64,000 nucleotides of DNA from an uncultured Rhodobacterales bacterium (GCA_964627355.1 CAZVIS010000001.1:37086-101085); one strand, 5' to 3'; numbered from the stretch's first letter, positions 51,478 through 62,273 are shown. Notes: generated by a model not told the origin, from the sequence alone. Translations and numbers: made by a program.

Positions 51478-53499
51478 TTGAGCAAGGACACGATCAAGAC
51501 CAACGCCGCTTACATCTGGTCCATCGCGGAAATCCTGCGCGGGGATTTCAAGCAGTCTGAATACGGCAAGATCGTCCTGCCCTTCACCGTCCTCCGACGC
51601 CTCGACTGCCTGTTGGAGCCGACCAAAACCGCAGTGCTTGAAACGGCCGCAACGCTGCCGGATGAAACCGACGACGAGGCGCGTGCGATGATCTTGACCG
51701 CTATCGCCTCGCCGGGTGGACAGATTTACAACGAAAGCCAGTTCACCTTTGCCTCGTTGCGGAGACAAGACCCACGCCAGCTGCGGGCGAACTTGATCGA
51801 TTACATCGCCAAGTTCAGCCCGAACGTCCGCGATATCTTCATCGAAAAGTTCGAGTTCACCGAAGCGCTGAAAAAGCTCGATAGTGCTGGAATCCTCTGG
51901 GCCGTGTTTGACCGGGTGAGCCAGATTGACCTGCATCCCGAGGCTGTGTCCAACCTCGAAATGGGATACCTGTTCGAGGAGCTGATCCGCCGCTTCTCGG
52001 AAATGTCCAACGAAACCGCCGGAGAGCATTTCACCCCGCGCGAAGTGGTGCGCCTGATGGTCGACCTTCTGATCGCCAATGATCAGGGCGCTTTGTCAGG
52101 GCGGCACATCGTTCGGCGCATATACGATCCGGCGTGCGGAACGGGCGGCATGTTGTCCATCGCCGAGGAACGCATGGTGGAGATGAACCCGACCCTGCAC
52201 GTCGACCTGTTCGGCCAGGAACTGAACGCGGAGTCCTTCGCCATCTGCAAATCCGACATGCTGGTGAAAGGCCACGACGCGTCGCGCATCGCCTTCGGCA
52301 ACACCCTTATTCAGGATGCGCACAAGGGCCAGACCTTCCACTACATGCTGTCGAATCCGCCCTATGGCGTGGATTGGAAGAAGTACGCCGACCCGATCAG
52401 GGAAGAAGCCGCCGAACTTGGCGTGGAAGGCCGGTTTGGCGCTGGGCTGCCGCGCATCTCCGATGGTCAGCTGCTGTTCCTTCAGCACATGATCTCGAAG
52501 ATGCGCGACGATGAAAATGGCTCGCGCATCGGAATCGTCATGAACGGATCGCCACTGTTCACCGGCGGTGCGGCATCGGGTGAGTCCGAAATCCGGCGCT
52601 GGATGCTGGAAAGCGACTGGGTCGAGGCGATCATCGCGCTGCCGACCGACATCTTCTACAACACCGGCATTCAGACCTATGTGTGGATCCTGACCAACCG
52701 CAAGCCGGTCGACCGGCGCGGCCGGGTTCAGCTGATCGACGGCTCGGGCGAACGGTTCTGGCGGTCCATGCGCAAATCCCTCGGATCGAAACGCCGGGAA
52801 ATCACTGACGAGGCCCGGGCCGAGATCGTGCGCATCTACGGTGAGTATCTGAATGGAAATGCAGGCTATGGCGATGTGTCCAAGATCTTCCCGACCACGG
52901 ATTTCGGCTATCGCGAGATCCGGGTGGAGCGCCCTCTTCGCCTCCGGTTCGAGGTCACGGACGACGCGCTCATCGCGCTTGCCCAAGACAAGGCCATGGA
53001 AAAGCTGACCGCCACAGACAGGCAGGACCTGCTTGTGGCGTTGAAAACTGACCTTGGTGGCGAAGTGTTCATGGACCGGGTTGATTTCGACAGCGCCCTT
53101 TCCCGGGTTCTGCGCGATGCGCGGCTGAAAGTCGGTGCGCCGGTGCGCAAGGCCAGCCTTGCCCAGTTCGGCACACCGGATGAAGATGCCGCGATCTGCC
53201 GGGACAGGGACGGCAACCCCGAACCCGACACCAGTCTTCGGGATCACGAACTTGTCCCCCTGCTGGAAGACTGGCAGTCGTACTTCGACCGCGAGGTGCT
53301 GCCGTTCGTTCCCGATGCCTGGGTGGACACAGCCTACACCGATGACAGTGACGGCCTGGTGGGTCGCGTCGGGTATGAGATCAACTTCAACCGCTACTTT
53401 TACCGCTACGTTCCGCCGCGCGCGTTGGCCGAGATCGACGCCGAACTGAAGACGCTGGAGTCGGAAATCGCCGCGCTGCTGTCCGAGGTGGTGGTGTGA
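51478..53499 (+). CDS. hsdM: Type I R-M methyltransferase subunit
   Basis: GEHFTPREVVRLMV, YDPACGTGGML and LSNPPYGVDW are present. The TTG at 51478 is preceded by GGAAGG. Confidence 0.9.
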   Translation: MSKDTIKTNAAYIWSIAEILRGDFKQSEYGKIVLPFTVLRRLDCLLEPTKTAVLETAATLPDETDDEARAMILTAIASPGGQIYNESQFTFASLRRQDPRQLRANLIDYIAKFSPNVRDIFIEKFEFTEALKKLDSAGILWAVFDRVSQIDLHPEAVSNLEMGYLFEELIRRFSEMSNETAGEHFTPREVVRLMVDLLIANDQGALSGRHIVRRIYDPACGTGGMLSIAEERMVEMNPTLHVDLFGQELNAESFAICKSDMLVKGHDASRIAFGNTLIQDAHKGQTFHYMLSNPPYGVDWKKYADPIREEAAELGVEGRFGAGLPRISDGQLLFLQHMISKMRDDENGSRIGIVMNGSPLFTGGAASGESEIRRWMLESDWVEAIIALPTDIFYNTGIQTYVWILTNRKPVDRRGRVQLIDGSGERFWRSMRKSLGSKRREITDEARAEIVRIYGEYLNGNAGYGDVSKIFPTTDFGYREIRVERPLRLRFEVTDDALIALAQDKAMEKLTATDRQDLLVALKTDLGGEVFMDRVDFDSALSRVLRDARLKVGAPVRKASLAQFGTPDEDAAICRDRDGNPEPDTSLRDHELVPLLEDWQSYFDREVLPFVPDAWVDTAYTDDSDGLVGRVGYEINFNRYFYRYVPPRALAEIDAELKTLESEIAALLSEVVV

Positions 53500-53674
53500 T
53501 TTTTTCGCGACCCAGCGCGGATCGTTATTGCTTTGGTGATGACGCTCCACTAACTCTACCCATAACAAGACCCGCCACGCCTCGGGCAGAGCTTCGGCTT
53601 TGTACTGCGCACCCTGGCGGGTTACTTGTTTTTGGGGCCTGCCTTTGTGCCGAAACCGGCAGCAGGCTGGCCCG

Positions 53675-54583
53675 ATGAAGTTCACCAAGCCTGCCACGTC
53701 CATCACCGATCAACTCGCGCTGCTGCGCCGTCGCGGCATGGTGGTCGATGATGAACCTGCCGCGCGCCACTACCTCGCTTACATCTCGTACTATAGACTG
53801 CGTGCCTATTGGATCCCGTTCGAAGGCCCCGCGCCCGCCGCAGGTGACCATGCCTTCAAGCCGGGCACTACGTTTGATGATGTCTTGGCGCTGTATCTGT
53901 TCGACCGGCATCTGCGTCTCCTCGTCCTGGATGCGATCGAGCGGGTGGAAGTCGCGCTGCGGGCTGCGTGGGCGCACCACGTCGCCATGACGCATGGACC
54001 GCACGGGCACATCGACCCTGCACATCACCAGAACCCAATCTTCCACGCCAACTCACTTGTCGATTACCAAAAGGAAATCGACCGCTCTAACGACCTGTTT
54101 ATCAGCCATTATCTTAGAACCTACGATAATCCCGCGATGCCTCCTGTCTGGATGGCGGCAGAGATCGTGTCGCTTGGCGCTCTGTCAAAATGGATCGGCA
54201 ACATGGTGGCCCGCCAGGACCGCCAAGCTATCTGCAAATCCTTCGGGGTTGATGAGAAAATACTGGTATCCTTCGCGCACCATATTTCGACCGTGCGAAA
54301 CACCGCCGCTCATCATGGATGCCTGTGGAACCGGCGGTTCACGGTCAAAATGACGGTCCCTGGCTATCCTGCCAACCTGGCTATCGCCATGCGCGGGGCC
54401 GACGAACGACGGCTGCACAACACTCTTGTGATGCTGGATCACCTGTTGGGCGTTGTCGCGCCGCACAGCGGTTGGCGCGGGCGGCTGGTGGCGCTGATCA
54501 ACGGATGCCCCCAGGCCGATCCCGCGGCGATGGGCTTTCCGACCGACTGGCGTGCCCGTGCGGCGTGGAGGGTGGGTGCATGA
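53675..54583 (+). CDS. Abi-like (AbiD/AbiF, Abi_2 family) protein embedded in the type I locus
   Basis: MKFTKPATSITDQLALLRRRGMVVDDEPAARHYLAYISYYRLRAYW...VRNTAAHHGCLWNRRF is the characteristic Abi_2 pattern. Its stop overlaps the hsdS ATG as ATGA. Confidence 0.8.
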   Translation: MKFTKPATSITDQLALLRRRGMVVDDEPAARHYLAYISYYRLRAYWIPFEGPAPAAGDHAFKPGTTFDDVLALYLFDRHLRLLVLDAIERVEVALRAAWAHHVAMTHGPHGHIDPAHHQNPIFHANSLVDYQKEIDRSNDLFISHYLRTYDNPAMPPVWMAAEIVSLGALSKWIGNMVARQDRQAICKSFGVDEKILVSFAHHISTVRNTAAHHGCLWNRRFTVKMTVPGYPANLAIAMRGADERRLHNTLVMLDHLLGVVAPHSGWRGRLVALINGCPQADPAAMGFPTDWRARAAWRVGA

Positions 54584-55920
54584 TCACTCCGGAAAATGCC
54601 ATCAGCCTGACCCCGCCCCCAGACTGGCGCGTGGTGCCGTTCTGGTCACTGTTCCGACGCACGAAATCGATTGGCCATCCCGATGAGGAGCTGCTTTCCG
54701 TCTACCGTGACCATGGAGTGATCCCCACATCCTCCCGCGACGACAACCACAACAAACCATCCGAAGACCTGACGGGCTACCAGTTGGTCACTGAGGGCGC
54801 GTTGGTCACAAACAAGATGAAGGCGTGGCAGGGGTCAATCGCAATCTCGCGTCACCGCGGCATCGTCAGTCCAGCCTATTACGTCTACCAGCCGCTCAGC
54901 GAAGAACATGACCAGTTCTTGCACTACCTGCTGCGTTCGGAACCCTACATTGCGCTTTACCAGCGGATTTCAAAGGGCGTGCGGGTCAGCCAGTGGGATT
55001 TGGAACACGAAGCTCTGCGCACGATTCCGGTCACGCTTCCTGACTTCGCCACGCAGAAACAAATCGCCGATTTCCTAGACACCGAGACCGCCCGCATAGA
55101 TGCGCTGATCGAGAAAAAGCATCAGTTTCATGAAATTGTTGTTGAGCGCGAGGAAGCCTCGTTCTTGGATGCAGTTACTGGTCGAAACCTGATGTGTGAT
55201 CGTCAGCCTTCGGGCGTGCGCTGGATCGGCGAACTGCCATTTGGCTGGCTTGCGCCAAAATTCACGCAGGTCGCAAGGCAGGAAACTGGACACACGCCCA
55301 GTCGTAAGGAGCCGTCCTACTGGATCCCCGAGGAGTGCGTGATCCCGTGGGTGTCGCTGGCAGATGTTTGGCAGTTGCGCAGCGGCGAAGCTGTATATCT
55401 GGCCGACACTGCAGAAAAGATAAGTGCATTTGGTATGGCGAACTCGTCAGCACGACTGTTGCCCAAGGACACGGTTATCCTGTCTCGCACGGCATCTGTC
55501 GGATTCGTCGCGATCATGGCCACCGACATGGCAACGACACAGGACTTCGCAGCTTGGATTCCCGGCCCAAGAGTAAGGTCGAGATTCATCTACTATGTGC
55601 TGCGTGCAATGAAGCCCGAGTTTCGCAGGCTCATGATGGGATCGACCCATCAAACCATTTATATGCCCGACATCCGCTCGTTCCGGACACCACTCCCGCC
55701 ACTGTCGGAGCAGGATCGGATTATTGCAGCTCTTGATGCCTCGATTGGGACGTATCGGCAGGTCAACGTGAAGATTCAAACATCCATCACCCGACTCCGC
55801 GAGTACCGGGCTGCTTTGATCACGGCCGCCGTAACTGGTCAAATTGATGTTGCCGCCAACGCCCGCTCGGGTTCCGTCCAGCGCCAGCTTGACCACATTT
55901 CAGAGGAGGTTAGCGCTTGA
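54580..55920 (+). CDS. hsdS: Type I R-M specificity subunit
   Basis: It has a two-TRD layout with conserved helices (ETARIDALIEKKHQF and TSITRLREYRAALITAAVTGQIDV). Confidence 0.85.
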   Translation: MITPENAISLTPPPDWRVVPFWSLFRRTKSIGHPDEELLSVYRDHGVIPTSSRDDNHNKPSEDLTGYQLVTEGALVTNKMKAWQGSIAISRHRGIVSPAYYVYQPLSEEHDQFLHYLLRSEPYIALYQRISKGVRVSQWDLEHEALRTIPVTLPDFATQKQIADFLDTETARIDALIEKKHQFHEIVVEREEASFLDAVTGRNLMCDRQPSGVRWIGELPFGWLAPKFTQVARQETGHTPSRKEPSYWIPEECVIPWVSLADVWQLRSGEAVYLADTAEKISAFGMANSSARLLPKDTVILSRTASVGFVAIMATDMATTQDFAAWIPGPRVRSRFIYYVLRAMKPEFRRLMMGSTHQTIYMPDIRSFRTPLPPLSEQDRIIAALDASIGTYRQVNVKIQTSITRLREYRAALITAAVTGQIDVAANARSGSVQRQLDHISEEVSA

Positions 55921-56330
55921 GCCAAGAGGTCGCCCAACTCAAGGCATTCATTCCTGCCTTCATGCGCCAGCACATGGAAGCGGTCCCGCCCCAGCGCACC
56001 ACGTCCGGCAAGGTGCATCTGGAGGTCTGGCGCTCGCCCGGCAAGCGGCGGCCAGTGGGGCTGGAAATGGATCACGACGCCCATGTAAACTTGTGGCTGG
56101 TACGAATGAACGTGCCGCCTTCCTTGCCTGCCTCGGTCGGCGTCTTTCAGAAAGAGCCCAAGGGCCGCGGCTGGACGGATGCCGCAGGTGACGGCGCGAA
56201 CAGCAACCTCAGCAGCTATGACGAGTTCCGCACCAAGCGGATCACTCGCCTTGCTGTCTCATCGATCGAGGATGCGCGGATCGTGTTGGAGGCTTTGCTT
56301 GACGCACAGGCTGGCAAGGCCGGTAGTTGA
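55917..56330 (+). CDS. 137-aa hypothetical protein between hsdS and hsdR
   Basis: ORF track. The TTG start overlaps the hsdS stop as TTGA. Confidence 0.5.
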   Translation: MSQEVAQLKAFIPAFMRQHMEAVPPQRTTSGKVHLEVWRSPGKRRPVGLEMDHDAHVNLWLVRMNVPPSLPASVGVFQKEPKGRGWTDAAGDGANSNLSSYDEFRTKRITRLAVSSIEDARIVLEALLDAQAGKAGS

Positions 56331-56378
56331 GGTTCATTTCCGGCAGCCTGGCGCTGCTCGCGACAGTGAGGGTTGATC

Positions 56379-59372
56379 ATGACTTCTTCGAACATTCGCC
56401 GTGAGAAACTGCACACCGAAGAGGCCGTCGAAATCCATCTGGTGGATCAACTTGTCACCCGGCAGGGCTGGTTGGAACGTCCTTTCACCGCATTTGATCG
56501 TCCAAACGCCATCGACCCCGAGATTGCGGCCGAGTTTGTCCGAGCGACCCAACCCGAAGCATGGACCCGGCTGAACGACCAATACCCCGGCCGCGCCGAG
56601 GCCGAGCTGTCCCGGCAGATTGCTAGCCGTCTCGGTGCTGTCGGCACACTGGAGGTGCTGCGACAGGGGATCACCATCGTCCCGGGCATCCGCATCAGCC
56701 TGTGCGGGTTTCGCCCGGCGTCCGCCATGAACCCGGATCTGGTGCGGGCCTATGAGGGCAACATCCTGACCGCCATGCGTCAAGTCCGCTACAGCCGGTC
56801 ATCCGAAAACGCGATTGACGTCGTGCTGTTCGTGAACGGCATCCCGGTGATCACGCTGGAGATCAAGAACACGCTGACCGGTTCGACCTACCAGACTGCA
56901 GAGACCCAGTATCGCCGCGACCGGTCGCCAAATGGCGAGCCGCTGTTGACTTTCAAGCGCGGGGCACTTGTCCACTTCGCCTTGGACCAGGACAATGTCT
57001 CGATGGCGACCCACCTTGAAAACGGGCGGACGCGGTTCCTGCCCTTCAACCGGGGGCGCGATGGCGGCGCGGGCAATCCCGATGTCCAGGATGAGTTTCG
57101 CATCGCCTACCTCTACCGCGATGTGCCAGGCAGCAAGGCGGTGTGGTCGCGCGAGGTCTTGCTCGACGTCATCCACAAGTTCGTGCTGGTCAGCGAAGTC
57201 GAAGAGCCTGGTGGCAAGGTTAAGCGCACGACCATCTGGCCCCGTTTCCACCAGCTTGATGCCGTGCGTCGGCTCTGCGCCGATGCCAAGCAGAAGGGCG
57301 CCGGGCAGAACTACCTGTTTCAACACTCGGCAGGTTCGGGGAAATCGAACACCATCGCATGGGTCGCCCACCAGCTTGCCACCCTGCACGATGAAGAGGA
57401 TCGACCGGTCTTTGACAGCGTGATCATCGTCACGGACCGGGTCGTGCTGGACAGGCAGCTTCAGAACACGGTCAAGTCCTTTGCCCAGACCGCGAACTAC
57501 GTGAAGGCCATCGATGGGACTTCGCGGCAGCTGCGGGCCGCCATCGAGCAGGGTGCCAAGATCATCATCTCGACGATCCACAAGTTTTCCACGGATCAGA
57601 TGAGCGTGCTGAAGAACGAGGCCCAGCGCAGGTTCGCGATCCTGATCGATGAGGCGCATAGTTCGCAGTCGGGCAAACATGCCGACAGCATGGCACGGGT
57701 GCTGGCGGACGGAGGGATTTCCGACGACGAGGAACACGATGAAGTGGAGCGAGCCCTGCTGGAACTGCAGCGCCTGCGAGGGCCACAGGCCAATCTTTCC
57801 TATCTGGCATTCACCGCGACCCCCCGCAACGTGACGATGGAGCGCTTCGGGATCAGTGGGCTGGACGGGTTGCCGATGCCTTTCCATCTCTATTCGATGC
57901 GGCAAGCAATCGAGGAGGGGTTCATCCTCGACGTGCTCCAGAATTATCAGACCTATCAGGCCTATTTTGCCTTGGAGAAGGCCATCGACGAGGATCCGGA
58001 ACTTCTGGAACGAAAGTCGCGCCGCAAGGTGGCGCGCTATGTCGATTTCCACGAAACCGCGATGGATCAGAAGGCCGAAGTCATCGTCGAGCATTTCCGC
58101 CGCCATGCCCTGCCAGAGTTAACAGGCCAGGCAAAAGCGATGGTTGTAACCTCCAGCCGGGAACATGCCATCCGGACACATCAGGCAATCTGCAGATACA
58201 TCGTCGCGCAGGGCTATGACGACGTGCATTCCCTGGTCGCATTCTCGGGCGAGATATTGGTGGACGGCCAGGCCTATTCCGAGCCGGGGATGAACGGCTT
58301 TCCCGAAACCGAACTGCCCCGCAGGTTCGACGGCACAGAATTCAACCTCCTCGTGGTCGCCGAAAAGTATCAAACCGGTTTCGACCAGCCGAAGCTGGTA
58401 GCAATGTACATCGACCGCAAGTTGGACGGGCTTCAGGCCGTCCAGACACTGTCGCGCCTCAACCGGACCTTTCCGTCCAAGACCCGGACCTTCATTCTGG
58501 ATTTCCGAAATGCGGTCGACGACATCAAGGAGGCGTTCAAGCCATACTTCAATGCCACCAGCATGGAAGATCGCTCAGACCCAAACCAGATCTACAACCT
58601 GCACGCGCGACTGAATGCATTCGGCATCCTGCAACAGGACGAAATTGAACGTTTTGTCATCCGTTTCCTTGGAAATCGCCAAGCAGCTGATGAGCGACCG
58701 GTTCTGGAGGGGATAGTGCGTCAAGCGGTTGGCCGCTTTGAAGTCCAGTTGGCTGACGATGAACAGGAGGAGTTTCGCCAGTTGCTGGCTTCGTTCCTGC
58801 GTTTCTATTCGTTCATTGCGCAGGTGGTCAGCCTCCAGGATACGGGGCTGGAAAAGCTGCATCTGTATGGCTCCTGGTTGAAGCGGCTGCTGCCGTCGCG
58901 CGCGGCACCCGAAGGGGAAGACATCACCGACGATATGCTTCAACTCACAGCATATCGCTTGCAGGATCAGGGCGTCTCGGATGGGCGTCTCCAACGCGAT
59001 GATACCGCCAGCCTGTCGCCAATCGACCGGTTCGGAGCGAATGCCTACACGGAAGAAGAGCAGAAGGCCCTGTCTGAAATCATCGATGCATTCAATGCGC
59101 GCCATGGCACGAACTTCACCGAAGAGGACTATATCCGCTTCGAGGCGGTCAACGAAGCCATTCTGGATGACGAGGCATGGGTCGAGATTCTGCGCAACAA
59201 CGCTCCGGAAGTGGTGAAAGACCGTTTCAACGCCGAATTCATGCGCCGCGCGATCCATGTTTTCCAGCGGGACAACCAGATGCGAAACGCTTTCATGCAG
59301 GACAAGGAGGCGCGTGACATGCTGATGGGGTTGATGTTCCGTCGCGTGATGCGAGCGGCACGCGCTGCGTGA
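56379..59372 (+). CDS. hsdR: Type I restriction endonuclease subunit R
   Basis: The nuclease core is IDVVLFVNGIPVITLEIKN. Helicase motif I is QHSAGSGKSNTIA and motif II is ILIDEAHSSQ. Confidence 0.9.
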   Translation: MTSSNIRREKLHTEEAVEIHLVDQLVTRQGWLERPFTAFDRPNAIDPEIAAEFVRATQPEAWTRLNDQYPGRAEAELSRQIASRLGAVGTLEVLRQGITIVPGIRISLCGFRPASAMNPDLVRAYEGNILTAMRQVRYSRSSENAIDVVLFVNGIPVITLEIKNTLTGSTYQTAETQYRRDRSPNGEPLLTFKRGALVHFALDQDNVSMATHLENGRTRFLPFNRGRDGGAGNPDVQDEFRIAYLYRDVPGSKAVWSREVLLDVIHKFVLVSEVEEPGGKVKRTTIWPRFHQLDAVRRLCADAKQKGAGQNYLFQHSAGSGKSNTIAWVAHQLATLHDEEDRPVFDSVIIVTDRVVLDRQLQNTVKSFAQTANYVKAIDGTSRQLRAAIEQGAKIIISTIHKFSTDQMSVLKNEAQRRFAILIDEAHSSQSGKHADSMARVLADGGISDDEEHDEVERALLELQRLRGPQANLSYLAFTATPRNVTMERFGISGLDGLPMPFHLYSMRQAIEEGFILDVLQNYQTYQAYFALEKAIDEDPELLERKSRRKVARYVDFHETAMDQKAEVIVEHFRRHALPELTGQAKAMVVTSSREHAIRTHQAICRYIVAQGYDDVHSLVAFSGEILVDGQAYSEPGMNGFPETELPRRFDGTEFNLLVVAEKYQTGFDQPKLVAMYIDRKLDGLQAVQTLSRLNRTFPSKTRTFILDFRNAVDDIKEAFKPYFNATSMEDRSDPNQIYNLHARLNAFGILQQDEIERFVIRFLGNRQAADERPVLEGIVRQAVGRFEVQLADDEQEEFRQLLASFLRFYSFIAQVVSLQDTGLEKLHLYGSWLKRLLPSRAAPEGEDITDDMLQLTAYRLQDQGVSDGRLQRDDTASLSPIDRFGANAYTEEEQKALSEIIDAFNARHGTNFTEEDYIRFEAVNEAILDDEAWVEILRNNAPEVVKDRFNAEFMRRAIHVFQRDNQMRNAFMQDKEARDMLMGLMFRRVMRAARAA

Positions 59373-59385
59373 TAATGATGCGGCT

Positions 59386-60060
59386 TCATGACTGTGTGGT
59401 CTTGGTTTTTGTCCAAGGCCGGATCTTCGGCATCCCCACCTTCACCTCCACCTCTCGCAGCATCCCGCCCGCTAGCAGCCCATCCCGCAGCCAATCCAGT
59501 GCTTGCCACCAATCCTCATACCCGCGCCGGGCAGCTGCGATCTGTTCCGGGTGGGGCCGCCAGGTGACCGGGCAGGCCAGGACCTCGACGGTGCGCCAGC
59601 GCCCCCGGGTCAGAACGCGTTCGATGCCGACCACGATGGTGGCGGAGCGTTCGCCATGCTGGTTCTGCCTCGTTTCGACAGGCACGCAACGTGGCGCGGC
59701 GCCGGGCAGCCAGTCGGGGGTCAGACCTGCACGCGCCAGTTCGGCCACGCGGATCGCCATGCGGATGCCGCCCAGGCTGTCGGGCAGTCCGGCCACGGTG
59801 GCGGCAATCACCTCAGCGTCGGGGTGGGTGGAGCTGCCGATCTTGTGCTGGCCGCCATCCACCTTGCAGCCCAGCGCCGCGCGTTGCAGCAGGACGTACT
59901 CCAGGCCGAAGCCGGAGGCCTCGCCGGAATCGTCCTGTCGGGGCGGCAGTTCCAGCTGGGCCCGTTCGATCCGGAACGCCCATTCCAGCGCCGCCTGCAC
60001 GCCCAGCGTGCGTTTCCCCCTTGCGCCAGGTTCGCGCACGATCCGTCCGGGCGCGCTCAT
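59386..60060 (-). CDS. Conserved phage hypothetical protein (224 aa), paralog of 4673-5353
   Basis: ORF track. The ATG forms an ATGA overlap with the frame-B stop of the upstream MTase. Confidence 0.7.
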   Translation of the reverse strand: MSAPGRIVREPGARGKRTLGVQAALEWAFRIERAQLELPPRQDDSGEASGFGLEYVLLQRAALGCKVDGGQHKIGSSTHPDAEVIAATVAGLPDSLGGIRMAIRVAELARAGLTPDWLPGAAPRCVPVETRQNQHGERSATIVVGIERVLTRGRWRTVEVLACPVTWRPHPEQIAAARRGYEDWWQALDWLRDGLLAGGMLREVEVKVGMPKIRPWTKTKTTQS

Positions 60061-61323
60061 GGCTGCAGCCCTTCAAGGAAATCCATCTGCGCCGGGCGCT
60101 GGGCCGCCTCCGTCGGCCGCCAGATCCACGGGCCCGAGGCCATGGGCAGCCGCGAGAGCGCGCCACGCATGTGCTGCTGCCAGAGGGTGAACTCCATTGC
60201 CGAGCAGGCGCAGAGCGCGTGCCCGATGGGCCAGCCCATCAGCCATCCGACGAAGAGCGGGTTCAGCCGCCGCCGCGAGCGGCCTTTCAGGATGCGCCGC
60301 GAGACGACCCGCCCATGCGAGGCAATCAGCGAAGCCCAGAGCGGGCGCGAGATCGGGGCATGCGGCGAGGACCGCCGCCCATGCCGGGTGATCGCCGGGA
60401 CCGGGCGGGTGAAGCCCTGCTCCGCCCGGTAGTGCAGGATATCCATCCTGCTCTTGCCATCGGCCCGCGTCACGCTGGCTTCGCTGCTGCCCTTCCAGTT
60501 CTGCGCCGCCGGGGTCGGCCATTGCAGCGCCTGCGCCGACAGCTTCGGCTCGCCCCGGCTGTTGATCTTGCCGCGCAGCCGGTCCATCCGGTCGTCGGCC
60601 ACCGGGGTCTGCCACTGCGCCGCCTGCGCGGGCAGGGGCGGCGTCCCGCCCGAGCCATAGCTCTGGCCCGGCCCACCCTTCGTGCCATCGGTCGCCTTCG
60701 GCGTCGACCAGGTGGCGATGCCCAGCGCCAGCGCCTCTGCCTTGCGGGTGAAGTCGCTGTTCCCGGCTGGGTTGTAGCGATCCGTGCCGGGATGCAGGCT
60801 CATCGGTGTGGGCCAGGACGAAGATGCGCAGCCGCTGGTGCGGCGCGCCGACTTCAGCCGCAGAGAACAGGCCCGCCGCAGGCGTGTAGCCCAGTGACCA
60901 AAGCTGGCGCAGGACGGTTTCAAGGCCGAGGGTGACGTGACCGGCGACGTTTTCGAGGAAGACCCATTCGGGGCGGCATTCGGCGATGACCCGGGCGACG
61001 TCGGGCCAGAGGTGGCGGGGGTCGTCGGCCCCGCCACGCTTGCCAGCGGCGCTGAAGGGCTGGCAAGGGTATCCGGCGAGGACGATGTCGAATGCCCCGA
61101 GGAAGACCCGGGCATCGAAGCTGCGTAGGTCGGTCCAGATCGGGGCAGGGGCGAAATACCCGGCTGCCTGTCCGGCGACGAGTACGGCGCGCGGCCACCC
61201 CTCCCATTCGACGAAGGCCCGGGTGTGATATCCGGGTTCGGCGAGCATGACGCCCAGATCGAGGCCTCCGCCGCCTGCGCAGAGGGACAATCCGTGCCGG
61301 GGACGTGACACCAGGCCATTCAC
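60057..61323 (-). CDS. Phage C5-cytosine methyltransferase, second copy, with the same frame switch after motif VIII
   Basis: The frame of 60073-61323 carries motifs I-VIII (LCAGGGG, YPCQPFS, FLENV, QRLRIFVLAH). The frame of 60057-61319 carries the WPTP-type repeats and RRLNPLFVGWLMGWPIGH. Confidence 0.7.
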
Positions 61324-62273
61324 CGCACCCCCCGCATCCGGAGGCGTTCGGGCGTGACGAGGCCCCGGCCCAGCATGGCGTCGCGCATCGTGTTGCTGAT
61401 GGCGCTGATGGGGACGTAGCCGTCGGCGTTGACGAGGTTGGCGTAGAACGCGGGCAGGTCGGTGATCCGCTTCGCCTCCGGGGCTGGCACCGCCTTCGGC
61501 TTGCGGCGTTTCCGGCCAGTCTCCTCGCCCTTGCGCTGGGCGGCCCGCTGCATGGCGCGGTCCAGCGCCTTGGGCCCGTCAGGTGGTTCGGGGTGTTCCT
61601 GGCGGGACGCCTCGGCCGTGGCGATGATCTCCGCCCCGGTCAGCCCCAGCTCGTCGCGCCAGCGCTGGACGTGCAGCCGGGGGGACGAGCCCTGCCACCA
61701 GCCGGGCAGGGCGGCGTTGGCGGCGAAGCCCAGCGCCGTCAGCAGCTCTGCGTAGAACCGATCAAAATCGGAATCGCGCCCTCGCGCATCCTCCTCCTCC
61801 TTTACAGGTTCTCTTAGGGGTTCTCTTACAAGGTTAGTCTCCGGATTCCGGAGATGGCTTTGGGCAAAATCCGGAGATGGCTTTGCCGAAAATCCGGAGA
61901 TGGCTCCATGTCCGGAATCCGGAGATGGATCGTCGTAAGGTTCCTCGTCTGTTCCCGCAAAGCCGTCTCCGGTTTCCGGAGTCGGCTCTCGCGGAAACCC
62001 GTCTTCGAACGCCAGGATGTAGCGTGTGGCAAGGCGCTTGTGGGTCTGGGGGTCCTGCATGCGGACCCGGTGGATCAGGCGCAGGTTCTGCAGCCGGGCG
62101 AGGTGTTCGTTCAGCGCCGAGATCGACATTTCCGCGTCGTCGGCCAGCCGTGCCTGAGTCGGGAAGCAGCCGAAGTCGGGGTTGTGCCGGTCGCACAGGA
62201 ACCAGAGCACGATCTTGGTGGCAGGCTTCAGCCCGCGTTGCTGGATGGCCCAGATGGTTGCACGGTGGCTCAT
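61320..62273 (-). CDS. wHTH replication-initiator-like protein, second copy
   Basis: Paralog of 6520-7488, with the iteron array in the linker-coding part. Confidence 0.6.
   Translation of the reverse strand: MSHRATIWAIQQRGLKPATKIVLWFLCDRHNPDFGCFPTQARLADDAEMSISALNEHLARLQNLRLIHRVRMQDPQTHKRLATRYILAFEDGFPREPTPETGDGFAGTDEEPYDDPSPDSGHGAISGFSAKPSPDFAQSHLRNPETNLVREPLREPVKEEEDARGRDSDFDRFYAELLTALGFAANAALPGWWQGSSPRLHVQRWRDELGLTGAEIIATAEASRQEHPEPPDGPKALDRAMQRAAQRKGEETGRKRRKPKAVPAPEAKRITDLPAFYANLVNADGYVPISAISNTMRDAMLGRGLVTPERLRMRGVR
61847..61928. repeat. Four exact iterons TCCGGAGATGG (putative origin of prophage B)
   Basis: Copies start at 61847, 61870, 61893 and 61918, a spacing of 23, 23 and 25 bp. 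A lower-GC stretch at 61801-61840 is adjacent. Confidence 0.7.
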
